IMG/VR virus record: IMGVR_UViG_3300022752_000082
Location: 1 to 57,128 of that record
DNA: 57,128 nt
Strand: one strand, 5' to 3'
Source: a virus
Lineage: Duplodnaviria; Caudoviricetes
The position numbers and the translations under genes were made by a program. Shown here piece after piece: positions 17,851 to 26,029 of this stretch (position 1 is its first letter; the number at the start of each line of letters is the position of its first letter). Below the pieces are notes generated by a model. That model was not told where the DNA came from. It made no database searches and saw only the letters and a list, made by a program, of their open reading frames with translations.

Positions 17851-18137
17851 CGAACTGCCCTCCACTGGCGCTTGCCGTAGACGAGCGCCGCGTCGTCGAA
17901 GTACCGAACCGAGGCGCGCCGTGCGAGCGCGCGGACGGCTTCCCACTTCGTGTCACAGGTCGTGAGCACGGTGCCCATGTCCGCCGGGTAGACCCAGAAG
18001 GCCGTGTCGAACGTGCGCGTGTCGCGCCGATCGACGACCGTACCCGCGATGATGGGGTCATCGTTCAGGTACTTGAGAAAGACGTCAAACGAGTCTTCAG
18101 TGCGCTTGCGCGTGGTGACTGTGACGATGAAACTCAT
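17847..18137 (-). CDS. Hypothetical protein
   Basis: ATGA overlaps at both ends; GAGG RBS. Confidence 0.6.
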   Translation of the reverse strand: MSFIVTVTTRKRTEDSFDVFLKYLNDDPIIAGTVVDRRDTRTFDTAFWVYPADMGTVLTTCDTKWEAVRALARRASVRYFDDAALVYGKRQWRAVR

Positions 18138-18370
18138 ACCAGTGCCTCGACTTCTTCGATTGCGCGCTGGGCGAGACCGTCGATGTACTCGGCGACATTC
18201 CCGACCGCGCCCAAGATGTAGTACGGGCTTTGCTCGACGGGGTGTGTCTTGTAGTCGTACGGCGTCGCGAGGTTCTCCATGTAGACCTCCATCTTGGCGC
18301 ACTGAGTGCGGATCTGACGGAGCGCCCACTCGAGTCGCTCGACCTGCTGTAGTAGTTCTGTCTTCGTCAT
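18134..18370 (-). CDS. Hypothetical protein
   Basis: RBS and motif 18410. Confidence 0.7.
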   Translation of the reverse strand: MTKTELLQQVERLEWALRQIRTQCAKMEVYMENLATPYDYKTHPVEQSPYYILGAVGNVAEYIDGLAQRAIEEVEALV

Positions 18371-18480
18371 TGCGTTGTCCCTTCGGTTGTGGGCTTGCGC
18401 CCGGTTGATGATTCTATTATAACGCTTTTAGAAACACCCCGGGCCGGGGAGCGCCTGCTCCCCGGGCCCAGGTCGATGGA

Positions 18481-18984
18481 TTAGTCGCCCGAGTCGACTC
18501 GGCTCCAGGCGCCGCACACCGAGCACTTGTACTCGTTGTAGCAGCGGCCCAGGTTGCGAGTCACCCACTTGTGGTTGCAGCCCACCTCGAGTTCGACGAA
18601 CTTGTGGTCGTCGCCGTACCAGTACGGCTCGCACAAGATGACGACGTTGAAGTTGTCGCCGCCGGACTGGCCGTGGTACGGTGGAGTGAAGAGCGTCGCC
18701 TTGACGCTTTCAAGACCGTAGGTGTGGCCAAGCACCTTGCGCATGTCGAGCGGGATGAGGTTGCCGGCCTCACCCAGGTACTCCCACCCGGTGTCGAACT
18801 CAGCGACTCGCTCCAAGATGTGGGCCAGGCGGTAGTGCCCTGGGACCACCTCGGCGCGCACCAAGTGCTTGCGCATCGCGTTGCCAAGGCCACCCCACTT
18901 CTCAGTGAGTTGCGCCATGTACTTCGCCCGGTTGTCGCGGGTGATCTCCCACGGCTGCTTCGGGCGCGTGACTGTGTCTGTCAT
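18481..18984 (-). CDS. Phage protein with C-terminal Zn-ribbon
   Basis: GCNHKW...GRCYNEYKCSVCG..VDSGD; motif 19020. Confidence 0.75.
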   Translation of the reverse strand: MTDTVTRPKQPWEITRDNRAKYMAQLTEKWGGLGNAMRKHLVRAEVVPGHYRLAHILERVAEFDTGWEYLGEAGNLIPLDMRKVLGHTYGLESVKATLFTPPYHGQSGGDNFNVVILCEPYWYGDDHKFVELEVGCNHKWVTRNLGRCYNEYKCSVCGAWSRVDSGD

Positions 18985-19086
18985 TGCGTTGTCCTTTCGT
19001 TGGGCCGGCGGATGCCGGCGAGTCCATTATAACTCTTTTAGAAAGTCGCTAGGCCCGGGGCTACGCACCCGGGGCTCATAGTACGA

Positions 19087-19299
19087 CTAGGCGTGAACCG
19101 GCTCGTCGACGACGACCTCGGCGTCAGCGCCGGTGACTTCATCGATTCGATGAATCTCGACGCAGCCGTCTGTGTCGCCGAAGCGCACGAGTTCGTCGAG
19201 TCGCTTCGCGTACTCGGCCTCCGAGTTCGCCTCGAGCGTGTACGTGATTCTGGCCTCTGACGGCCACACGAGCACAACCTTGTGATACTTCTTTGGCAT
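19087..19299 (-). CDS. Hypothetical protein
   Basis: RBS and motif 19340. Confidence 0.7.
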   Translation of the reverse strand: MPKKYHKVVLVWPSEARITYTLEANSEAEYAKRLDELVRFGDTDGCVEIHRIDEVTGADAEVVVDEPVHA

Positions 19300-19525
19300 C
19301 GCGTTGTCCTTTCGTTGAGTTAGGTCGGCTGCTGCCGACGAGTCTATTATAACACTTTTAGAAACGTGCCCGTCTGCATGGCGCGTGCCTTAGCGGGCCT
19401 GTGTGTCGTCGACTCGGTAGCACTCAACGCACTCACCTCCGAGAGAGTCCTCCCACCAGTGAGGGTCGATGCCAGGCCAGTTTATCGACAAGATGAGTGG
19501 CTGGCCGCAGCTACGGCAAGGCCAC

Positions 19526-19605
19526 ACCGTCTGCACCGGCGTGCCCCCGGGCCAGGCGTGCCCGTCTGCACCGGCGTGCCCCCGGGCCAGGCGTGCCCGT
19601 CTGCG
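19526..19605. repeat. 35-bp tandem repeat with CCGTCTGC core
   Basis: CCGTCTGCACCGGCGTGCCCCCGGGCCAGGCGTGC x2 plus a third partial unit. Confidence 0.9.
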
Positions 19606-19663
19606 CTCAGCGCGCCTAGCGAGCCAGCGTGCCGCGACGAGCGTCGTGATGATGCTCACCGCG

Positions 19664-19951
19664 TTAGTGATCGACGGTGAACGCGGCCAGCTCAGCCAAC
19701 TGAGTCCATGACAGCTCGTACTTGAATGTCACGCCTCCTTCGGTCAGGCCACGGAACCTGATGCCGTTGTTGAACACGTCAAGCTCGAGTTCTTCCTCGA
19801 CTGGGTCGTGCGTGTCGCTGATGAAGATGCGGACACGGTTGAACTGGTCGACGTCGAGCTCGCCGGCGAAGATGCCGACCACCGGGACTTCGTCAAAGTC
19901 GACCGTGCCGTCATCGTCTTGGTGCACGATGACATCCTTATTCGTTGTCAT
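19664..19951 (-). CDS. Hypothetical acidic protein
   Basis: Overlaps the upstream gene; GGAG RBS. Confidence 0.6.
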   Translation of the reverse strand: MTTNKDVIVHQDDDGTVDFDEVPVVGIFAGELDVDQFNRVRIFISDTHDPVEEELELDVFNNGIRFRGLTEGGVTFKYELSWTQLAELAAFTVDH

Positions 19952-20192
19952 CGAAGTACTCCGGGTAGACGTTGCCAATGGCGGTGTCTGGGTTTGCGTC
20001 CTCGCTTACCTCGACCCACAGCGAGCCGTCCTCCGGGTTCTCGCGGAAGATGATCGTGAAGATGCTGTCATCGTCGATGAGCACGCTGAGCAGCGCGTTG
20101 CGCGCGTTGCGCTTGCGAACTACCACGTCCTGCATCCAGATGCGGCGCTCGTTTTGTGGTACCTTGCGCTTGGGTTTCTTCTTCTTTGGCAT
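19938..20192 (-). CDS. Hypothetical protein
   Basis: AAGGAGAG RBS. Confidence 0.65.
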   Translation of the reverse strand: MPKKKKPKRKVPQNERRIWMQDVVVRKRNARNALLSVLIDDDSIFTIIFRENPEDGSLWVEVSEDANPDTAIGNVYPEYFDDNE

Positions 20193-20222
20193 GTGTCTCT
20201 CCTTGTTTGTTGTGTTGTGCCG

Positions 20223-20426
20223 TTATTGTTGGTTGAGCTCGAGCTTCCCCTGAGCGGGGTTGCTCTCGTAGTTCGCTTGAATCTGCGCGGCGATGTTCCA
20301 GCGCTCGCTGTCGGCGCACATCTCGATCGCCTCGACTTCTTCATCGGACCACTTGCTGGTGTCGATGATGAGAAGCTCCTCGGCGTCGCCGTAGCTTCCA
20401 TCTTTTGCGAAGTATGTAAGTTGCAT
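20223..20426 (-). CDS. Hypothetical protein
   Basis: YFAKDGSYGDA; RBS and motif 20452. Confidence 0.7.
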   Translation of the reverse strand: MQLTYFAKDGSYGDAEELLIIDTSKWSDEEVEAIEMCADSERWNIAAQIQANYESNPAQGKLELNQQ

Positions 20427-20529
20427 GTCACTGTCTCCTTTTGTTGTTGTTGGTTCTATTATAACGCTTTTAGAAGCCACGCGGCAGGGCGTAGGAAGGA
20501 AGGGAGGGCGCCCCACCGCGTGACCGAAC

Positions 20530-22371
20530 TTATCGGCGCTCACTTACCTGCGTGAGCTGCTGCGCCGCGCTGCGTCCGATGTGGGTCGCGATGTCCTGCG
20601 TCGCGGTCATGCCTGGCTCGATGCGGACGACCACGCCGTTCTTGCGGACAATCTTCTCTGGTGAAGCGTCCGTGGGGTCGAAGGTGACCCAGGTGACCGC
20701 CACACCGGAGGCCGCGCACTGGGCTGCCCAGGCGGACGCCGCTCGCTCCTGGTCGTGCGTGTAGCAGCCATCACTGACTACCACCAGCATCTTGGCGCCG
20801 GTGCCGTTGAGCAAGTTGAGTGAGCCGTCGAGAGCCTTGAAGGCCTGGTCAAACTTCTCGGTTCCGTCACACGCTGTGTACACGTTGACTTCGCTGAGGT
20901 GCTGTCCTGGCTTGAGAGTCGGGAAGACGCCCTGGCCGTAGTAGACCATCGCGGCTCGACCCTGCACGCGGCGCACGGCCTCGCTGAGAATCCACGCGGT
21001 GGACGCCATCGGCTGCATCGCCGCGGACATTGAACCGCTGATGTCGACCATCACGCCGACGGTGAGTGTCGGGTCGTCAGTGTGCTTGCGCACCGTGCGG
21101 CGCCAGGGCTCGACTTGCGTCATCACTCCCTTGGCCTTGAACGCTGCGCCCTGCACCATCGCGCGTGTGCGCAGCCGGCCGGGAGGGATGACCGAGGTGA
21201 CCTCGGTCTCGTCACGCTCGCGGTACTTGGCCTTTTCGAGAAGCTGCGCGAGGCGCACGGCAGAGGTGCGCTCGTCGGTACGCGGCTTGCGCGTCTCGAC
21301 CAGCGAGCTGCTTGTGCGCTCGTCAGCGACCGGGCCTGTGCCCTTGCCGAATACTTTCTGGGCGGTCTCGCGATTCTCCGCCGTGCGCTTTGCTGACTGC
21401 GCACGCGTGCTCGCCTCCTCGCGCCACTCTTCAGTTTGCTGCTGCTCGGCCGCGTCATCCGCTGCACCGATCGACGCGTTGTCGGCTGCTTCCTCGAGCT
21501 CTTTCATCAGCTCTTCCATCATGCCTGCCGTCTCCGGGTCGTCCTCGCCTTCGGTGCCGCCGCCGCCTGCGCCGCCGCCTGCGCCGCCGAAGGAGTCAGC
21601 CATCTCGCCTTCGCCGGCGTCCTTGGCTGCATCTTCGACGAGCTTGGCCCAGCGGCGTGCGATGTCATAAAGCTTTTCGATGTCGTGCGCCTCGGTGACT
21701 TGCGCCTCGCGCCAGAGCTCGGCGAGCTTGTTGAAGAGGTCAACGCCAAGCTTCTTGGTGATGACTCGCTCAATCGACTCGATGTCCTCGAACATGACCG
21801 AGCCTGCGTCGACTCGAGCAGACGTAAGTGCAAGCACCTGTGCGGCCGCGCGTGTCGGCGTGAGCTCGGTGATCGGGTTGAGCTCGAGGTCTGACATCAC
21901 GATGCCAAGCACGCACGCGCGCAGGAAGCACGCGTTGTCCGGGTACATCTTGAGGCCCTGCGCCTCGATGCGGCCCTCCTCCAAGAGCACCAGTGCGTGA
22001 ACCTCGGCCTGAGTAAGCGCCTCGTGCGCAGCAGGCAGGTCCCAGGTCGAGAAGCGAGCGTGAAGCGCCTCGTGAAAGATGAGGCCGGTGGCTTGCGCGT
22101 ACTCGAACTGCACGTTGCGCTCGGTGATGTTGCCGACGCGCTTGGGGTCGACCTTGCCGAAGGCGACGCCTGCGTCGAGCTCCATCTCGGCGGTGAGCGG
22201 CGCGAAGCACGCGGGAGCGCCGCTGCTTGTCCTGCTGCCGATGCGCACCGCGATGTCGCCGCGCCCTGCGAGCATGTTGGCTAACTGACCGGCTTGCGAA
22301 CCGGCGAGCAGCCAGGCCGGGTCAACCGGAGCGCTGGCTCGCGTTCGTTTGTTGTAGTCGATGTGTCCCAT
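20530..22371 (-). CDS. VWA (MIDAS) protein with N-terminal HExxH domain, CobT-like partner of MoxR
   Basis: FHEALH...LEEGRIE, acidic Gly linker, VDISGSMS, VVSDG; start may be 22392. Confidence 0.85.
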   Translation of the reverse strand: MGHIDYNKRTRASAPVDPAWLLAGSQAGQLANMLAGRGDIAVRIGSRTSSGAPACFAPLTAEMELDAGVAFGKVDPKRVGNITERNVQFEYAQATGLIFHEALHARFSTWDLPAAHEALTQAEVHALVLLEEGRIEAQGLKMYPDNACFLRACVLGIVMSDLELNPITELTPTRAAAQVLALTSARVDAGSVMFEDIESIERVITKKLGVDLFNKLAELWREAQVTEAHDIEKLYDIARRWAKLVEDAAKDAGEGEMADSFGGAGGGAGGGGTEGEDDPETAGMMEELMKELEEAADNASIGAADDAAEQQQTEEWREEASTRAQSAKRTAENRETAQKVFGKGTGPVADERTSSSLVETRKPRTDERTSAVRLAQLLEKAKYRERDETEVTSVIPPGRLRTRAMVQGAAFKAKGVMTQVEPWRRTVRKHTDDPTLTVGVMVDISGSMSAAMQPMASTAWILSEAVRRVQGRAAMVYYGQGVFPTLKPGQHLSEVNVYTACDGTEKFDQAFKALDGSLNLLNGTGAKMLVVVSDGCYTHDQERAASAWAAQCAASGVAVTWVTFDPTDASPEKIVRKNGVVVRIEPGMTATQDIATHIGRSAAQQLTQVSERR

Positions 22372-22542
22372 TGTTGTGTCCTTCCTAGACATTGTTGTTG
22401 GTCGGGCTTGCGCCCTGATTCTATTATAACACTTTTAGAAACGGTATTGGTGGTGAGAGAGCCGGCCGGGACCTACCACAGTCCGGCCGACTCCCTCCCG
22501 GCGAGTCCTTCCTCGACGAGGAAAGGATGACTCAAATCGAGG

Positions 22543-23538
22543 TCAGATTCTCGCCGGCCTGAACTCCGCTCCTAAGACGCGGGTCAGGACATCTGCTACC
22601 ACCGGGCGGTCAATCTCGGGCGCTGCTGCGAGCAGGTTCTCCACCGCGAACTTGGTGCCGAACGCGACTTCCAGGTCGCGGAAGGCGAGCAGCTCGCGCA
22701 TCTGCGGAGCCCAGGTGGTCTCCGCTGCCTGCTGCTTCTTGGCCAGGTTCTGCGCCGCCGTGACGAGCGCGGACGAGACTCCAAGCTTGCGAGCGAGAGT
22801 CCAGTCAGTGGTCATCTCCGCCTGCACGGTGAATCGTGAGAGAAGCGCCTCAGACAGGCGCACGCCGGGAGCGTTGGGGTTAGTGGCCGCGATGACGTAG
22901 AAGCCATCGGCCGCCTTGACCGTGCCGCGCTCTGGGTTGGCCGTGACCGTGTACTCGCGGCGGCCGTCCATCAGACCGTAGACGATGCTGAGCACCTTCG
23001 GGTCGATGAGGCCAACCTCGTCGATCAGCAGCACGCCGCCTGACTCGGCAGCCTTGAGCAGCGGGCCGTCTTCCCAGATGAAGCCACCGCTTGGCGTCTG
23101 CACGTAGCCGCCGACCAGGTCAGCGACCTCAGTGTCACCCGAGCCAAGCACGGTGAAGAGTCCACCGTCCTGGTCGTGGAATGCAGCTTCGACAAGAGCA
23201 GTCTTGCCGCAGCCGGGCGAGCCGTAGAGGAGCACGTAGCTGCTCATCTCGCGAGCCTTGCGAAGCACCGCGATGTCGAGGTGGTCGCCCCACGCGCGAG
23301 TGTAGTATAGCTCGCCGTTCGGGCGTGCGTACGACTTTTCGCCGGTGAGGGCATTCGCCGCCACTGTCTTCACCACCTTTGGTGTCTTGGGCTTGAATGT
23401 GCTGAGCTTGCCGTATGGGTCGACTGCCTTGTCAAGGGCCGCCCACGCGTCGGTGCTCACGGCCTGGGTCATCGTGTTGATGACAAGGTCCGAGAGCCCC
23501 GGGTAGAGCTCATTGTACTTCGTTGTGATTGGGTCCAT
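22543..23538 (-). CDS. MoxR/CbbQ/CobS-like AAA+ ATPase
   Basis: GSPGCGKT, LLIDEV, AATNP, LSEALLSRF, sensor-2 MREL. Confidence 0.9.
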   Translation of the reverse strand: MDPITTKYNELYPGLSDLVINTMTQAVSTDAWAALDKAVDPYGKLSTFKPKTPKVVKTVAANALTGEKSYARPNGELYYTRAWGDHLDIAVLRKAREMSSYVLLYGSPGCGKTALVEAAFHDQDGGLFTVLGSGDTEVADLVGGYVQTPSGGFIWEDGPLLKAAESGGVLLIDEVGLIDPKVLSIVYGLMDGRREYTVTANPERGTVKAADGFYVIAATNPNAPGVRLSEALLSRFTVQAEMTTDWTLARKLGVSSALVTAAQNLAKKQQAAETTWAPQMRELLAFRDLEVAFGTKFAVENLLAAAPEIDRPVVADVLTRVLGAEFRPARI

Positions 23539-23610
23539 TGCGTTGTTTGTCCTTTCGTTTGGTAGGTTGAGTTGGTATTGCTGTTTCTATTATAACGCTT
23601 TTAGAAAGCG

Positions 23611-24066
23611 TCACTTGATGAAGGTGGTCGGAAAGCCGTGCTTGCGGCGGACCTTGAGCACGCGGCCGATGAGCTTGTACGGCGTGTTGCGGGCTATGAT
23701 GTCCTCCAGGTCCTTTTCAGAGACCTGCACGACGATCGGCTGCTTGTGCACGCGGAAGCCGCGTGTGTGCAGGCGCTCAATCGTCTGGTTGATGAACTCG
23801 CGGCGCATCTCCGCAGTCGACTCGGGCAAGAACGACGAGTGAGATGGCGAGAGGTAGCGCCACTGCTTCTTCGGTCCGCCGGCGCTGAGCTGCCTGCGGT
23901 AGGTGATCGCCGGGGTCTTGAGCGTAGGCGTGACCTTGCTCTGGGCCTCCGGGCAGATGAGCATCTGGAAGACGCTCGTGTCGATGCTGTGCGGGAGCAC
24001 AAACTCGAGGTACACGGCGTGTCCCACGAGAAGTGAGTCCTTCAGCTTTTCGTCATTTGGTGTCAT
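23611..24066 (-). CDS. Hypothetical protein
   Basis: RBS and motif 24106. Confidence 0.7.
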   Translation of the reverse strand: MTPNDEKLKDSLLVGHAVYLEFVLPHSIDTSVFQMLICPEAQSKVTPTLKTPAITYRRQLSAGGPKKQWRYLSPSHSSFLPESTAEMRREFINQTIERLHTRGFRVHKQPIVVQVSEKDLEDIIARNTPYKLIGRVLKVRRKHGFPTTFIK

Positions 24067-24140
24067 TGCGTTGTTTGTCCTTTCGGGTAGTGGTTTGGTA
24101 TCGCGTAGTCTATTATAACACTTTTAGAAACGGCCCGGGC

Positions 24141-24296
24141 CTACGCGTCGAGGACCGCCTGGTCGTCTTGGTGAAGCTTGTCGGCGTAGATGCCGGTGTA
24201 GATGACGAGCTGCCCTTCGTTGTCGACCTCGACATCGAACTCTTCGACGGCGAGGATGAGCGCGTCAAGCTTCTTGTCACTGAGTCTTTTCTTCAT
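24141..24296 (-). CDS. Small hypothetical protein (not in ORF track)
   Basis: MKKRLSDKKLDAL...DNEGQLVIYTGIY; GAAAGGACA RBS. Confidence 0.6.
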   Translation of the reverse strand: MKKRLSDKKLDALILAVEEFDVEVDNEGQLVIYTGIYADKLHQDDQAVLDA

Positions 24297-24383
24297 TGCT
24301 GTGTCCTTTCTGGTAGTTGGGATGAGGTTGGGTGCTGCTCCCGGCGGCGGATGACCGCCACCGCCGGGAGTCGAGCGTGTGGG

Positions 24384-24710
24384 CTATTTGGCCTGGAGGA
24401 CCGTGTACTGCGACTCGGTCAGAGTCGCGGTGTACGCCTCGGGGAAGGCCGCCTTGAGCGCCTCGCGGTCGATGTTCGAGCGGTTCCGGGTGAGGATGCG
24501 GACGCGCTCGACGCCGTTGATGGCGCCGACGGACGCGGTTCCGAGCATCGCGCGGAGCTTGGTCTCGGCCTCGAGCTTCTTGGCCTCGATCGCCTTCATC
24601 GCGGCCTTGGCCTCGTTGAACTCGACGATCAGCGCCTCGGCGCTGGCTTCGAGGTTGGCGACCTCTTCGGTGGTCGTGACGACTGTGGTCGTCGTTGCGG
24701 TGGTTGTCAT
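24384..24710 (-). CDS. Coiled-coil phage protein, copy 2
   Basis: Paralog of 11622..11945; motif 24751. Confidence 0.75.
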   Translation of the reverse strand: MTTTATTTTVVTTTEEVANLEASAEALIVEFNEAKAAMKAIEAKKLEAETKLRAMLGTASVGAINGVERVRILTRNRSNIDREALKAAFPEAYTATLTESQYTVLQAK

Positions 24711-24844
24711 TGCGGTATTCCTCTCTGGGGCTGGTGCCCCGGTTGTTGTTGATTCCATTATAACGCTTTTAGAAACGGCGCCCGGGCTGTCTCGCCCGGG
24801 GCGCCTTATCTATAGTGACCGTAGCGCAGGGGTGTTACAGGGTT

Positions 24845-25360
24845 TCAGCAGATGCTGAAGCCGCCGCATGACTCGAGGAAGAGCGCAAACTCGTCGACAT
24901 TCGAGACATCGAACGGGTAGCCCGCGGCCCAGTGCTCTTTGGTGCCGACGCCGTCACAGCCATTGCACCAGCCGTGCGTGCGCCCGGTGAGGATCGCTAC
25001 CTCAGGGGGGAGCTCGCGTGTGGGCATGCCCATGTCTTGGCCGACCTTGTCAGTGCGGATGCCGGTACCTTCGCAGAGGCTGCACACCTCGCGAGGAAGT
25101 GCAGCGAGCTCGGCTCGGTAGTCTTCCTCGTACTTCTTGGTGCGGCCTGATCGAATCTCTGCGAAGAGAATCGCCGCGAGCTTCTGTGCGCCCTCCGCGT
25201 CGAGCCCTGAACCAGCGTTGCTGTGCCCATCGACTTCCTTGCAGAGCTCAGGAGCGACGTGTTCGCAGTAGTTCCAAAGTGGACGCCACCACCACACGTT
25301 GTTCCTGAAGTATTCGCCGGCATCGTCTGTCGGCGCCTTTCCGTATACATCCATTCCCAT
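24845..25360 (-). CDS. Phage protein with DnaJ-like CxxCxGxG pair
   Basis: YFRNNVWWWRPLW; CSLCEGTG and CNGCDGVG; GGAGG RBS; motif 25396. Confidence 0.8.
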   Translation of the reverse strand: MGMDVYGKAPTDDAGEYFRNNVWWWRPLWNYCEHVAPELCKEVDGHSNAGSGLDAEGAQKLAAILFAEIRSGRTKKYEEDYRAELAALPREVCSLCEGTGIRTDKVGQDMGMPTRELPPEVAILTGRTHGWCNGCDGVGTKEHWAAGYPFDVSNVDEFALFLESCGGFSIC

Positions 25361-25413
25361 GCTGTTTCCTCCAGTTGTTGTTGGGTTGGTATTGCGATAC
25401 TATTATACGACTT

Positions 25414-25629
25414 TTAGAAAGCCTTGATGCCTTCCGACTGGCACCACGGCTCAAAGTCGAGAGCCAGCTCGCGCATCCACTCGCTGACCCAGTTCTTGCG
25501 GCGCTCTTCGAATGTCTCGCCTGGGTGGTCGGGAAGAAAGCGTGCCTCCTCCTCGTACATCTCTTCGGCCTCGACCAGCATCATGTCGAGGTACTCCTGG
25601 TACCGCTCACGGGGAGTTTGGTTCACCAT
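25414..25629 (-). CDS. Hypothetical protein
   Basis: RBS and motif 25657; ends TTC TAA in motif 25396. Confidence 0.7.
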   Translation of the reverse strand: MVNQTPRERYQEYLDMMLVEAEEMYEEEARFLPDHPGETFEERRKNWVSEWMRELALDFEPWCQSEGIKAF

Positions 25630-25724
25630 GTCATCTGTCCTTTCGTTGTGGTTGACGAGTCTATTATACGACTTTTAGAAACCGCCCAGGGCGAGCTGGA
25701 GGACTTCGCCCCGGGCGGCCGAAC

Positions 25725-26000
25725 CTAGTCGTAGTCTTCTGAGTTGAGTATCGACGCCTCTCCTGGCCACAACAGGCCGCCGATGCAGTCGAGGCAGAGG
25801 ACCGTAGGTCGCTCTGAGTCGTCATCTTCATCGGTGCACGCGGCGAGCGCGCACGGGAAGAAGTCTCCAGCGAGTGGGCCAGTCAGGACGCCGCAGTTGT
25901 CGCACTCGGTGTCGTCGATCGTGAACGCGTAGACACCTACGTGCTCGGCTGCGGCCGCGTCTTCGGCTGACTCGATGATGACGACCTCAAGTGAGATCAT
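25725..26000 (-). CDS. Acidic Cys-motif protein
   Basis: CDNC...CLDC. Confidence 0.6.
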   Translation of the reverse strand: MISLEVVIIESAEDAAAAEHVGVYAFTIDDTECDNCGVLTGPLAGDFFPCALAACTDEDDDSERPTVLCLDCIGGLLWPGEASILNSEDYD

Positions 26001-26029
26001 GCTGGGCGCTCCACGCGCCCAACACTAAC

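Larger units (their letters stand above)
3461..25682 (-). promoter_or_regulatory. Dispersed ~25-bp repeated promoter motif, ~36 copies (sense TTTCTAAAAGTGTTATAAT(A/G)GA(A/C)TC)
   Basis: Copies begin (+ coordinates) at 3461, 3963, 4024 (inverted), 7151, 7446, 7677, 8222, 8431, 8830, 9359, 9836, 10034, 10346, 10780, 11150, 11553, 11989, 12341, 12727, 13008, 13938, 14276, 15830, 16345, 17358, 17664, 18410, 19020, 19340, 20452, 22417, 23583, 24106, 24751, 25396, 25657; partial copies at ~6326 and ~26644. Each has TATAAT (TATATT in the 4024 copy) and lies just upstream of a gene start. Confidence 0.92.

Noticed and set aside
11622-24710. Paralog pairs as diversity-generating retroelement TR/VR
   Set aside because: No reverse transcriptase in the window; both copies are intact genes with their own promoters and differences are not visibly adenine-specific
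9112-24758. ORF-track starts such as MESP.../MEST... and extensions through SKSVII
   Set aside because: These ATGs lie inside the TATAATGGA promoter motif or read through it; better starts follow the RBS downstream
3461-25682. Repeated 25-bp motif as a CRISPR array
   Set aside because: Intervals are 0.2-3 kb and hold whole genes, the repeat contains a -10 box, and no cas genes are present
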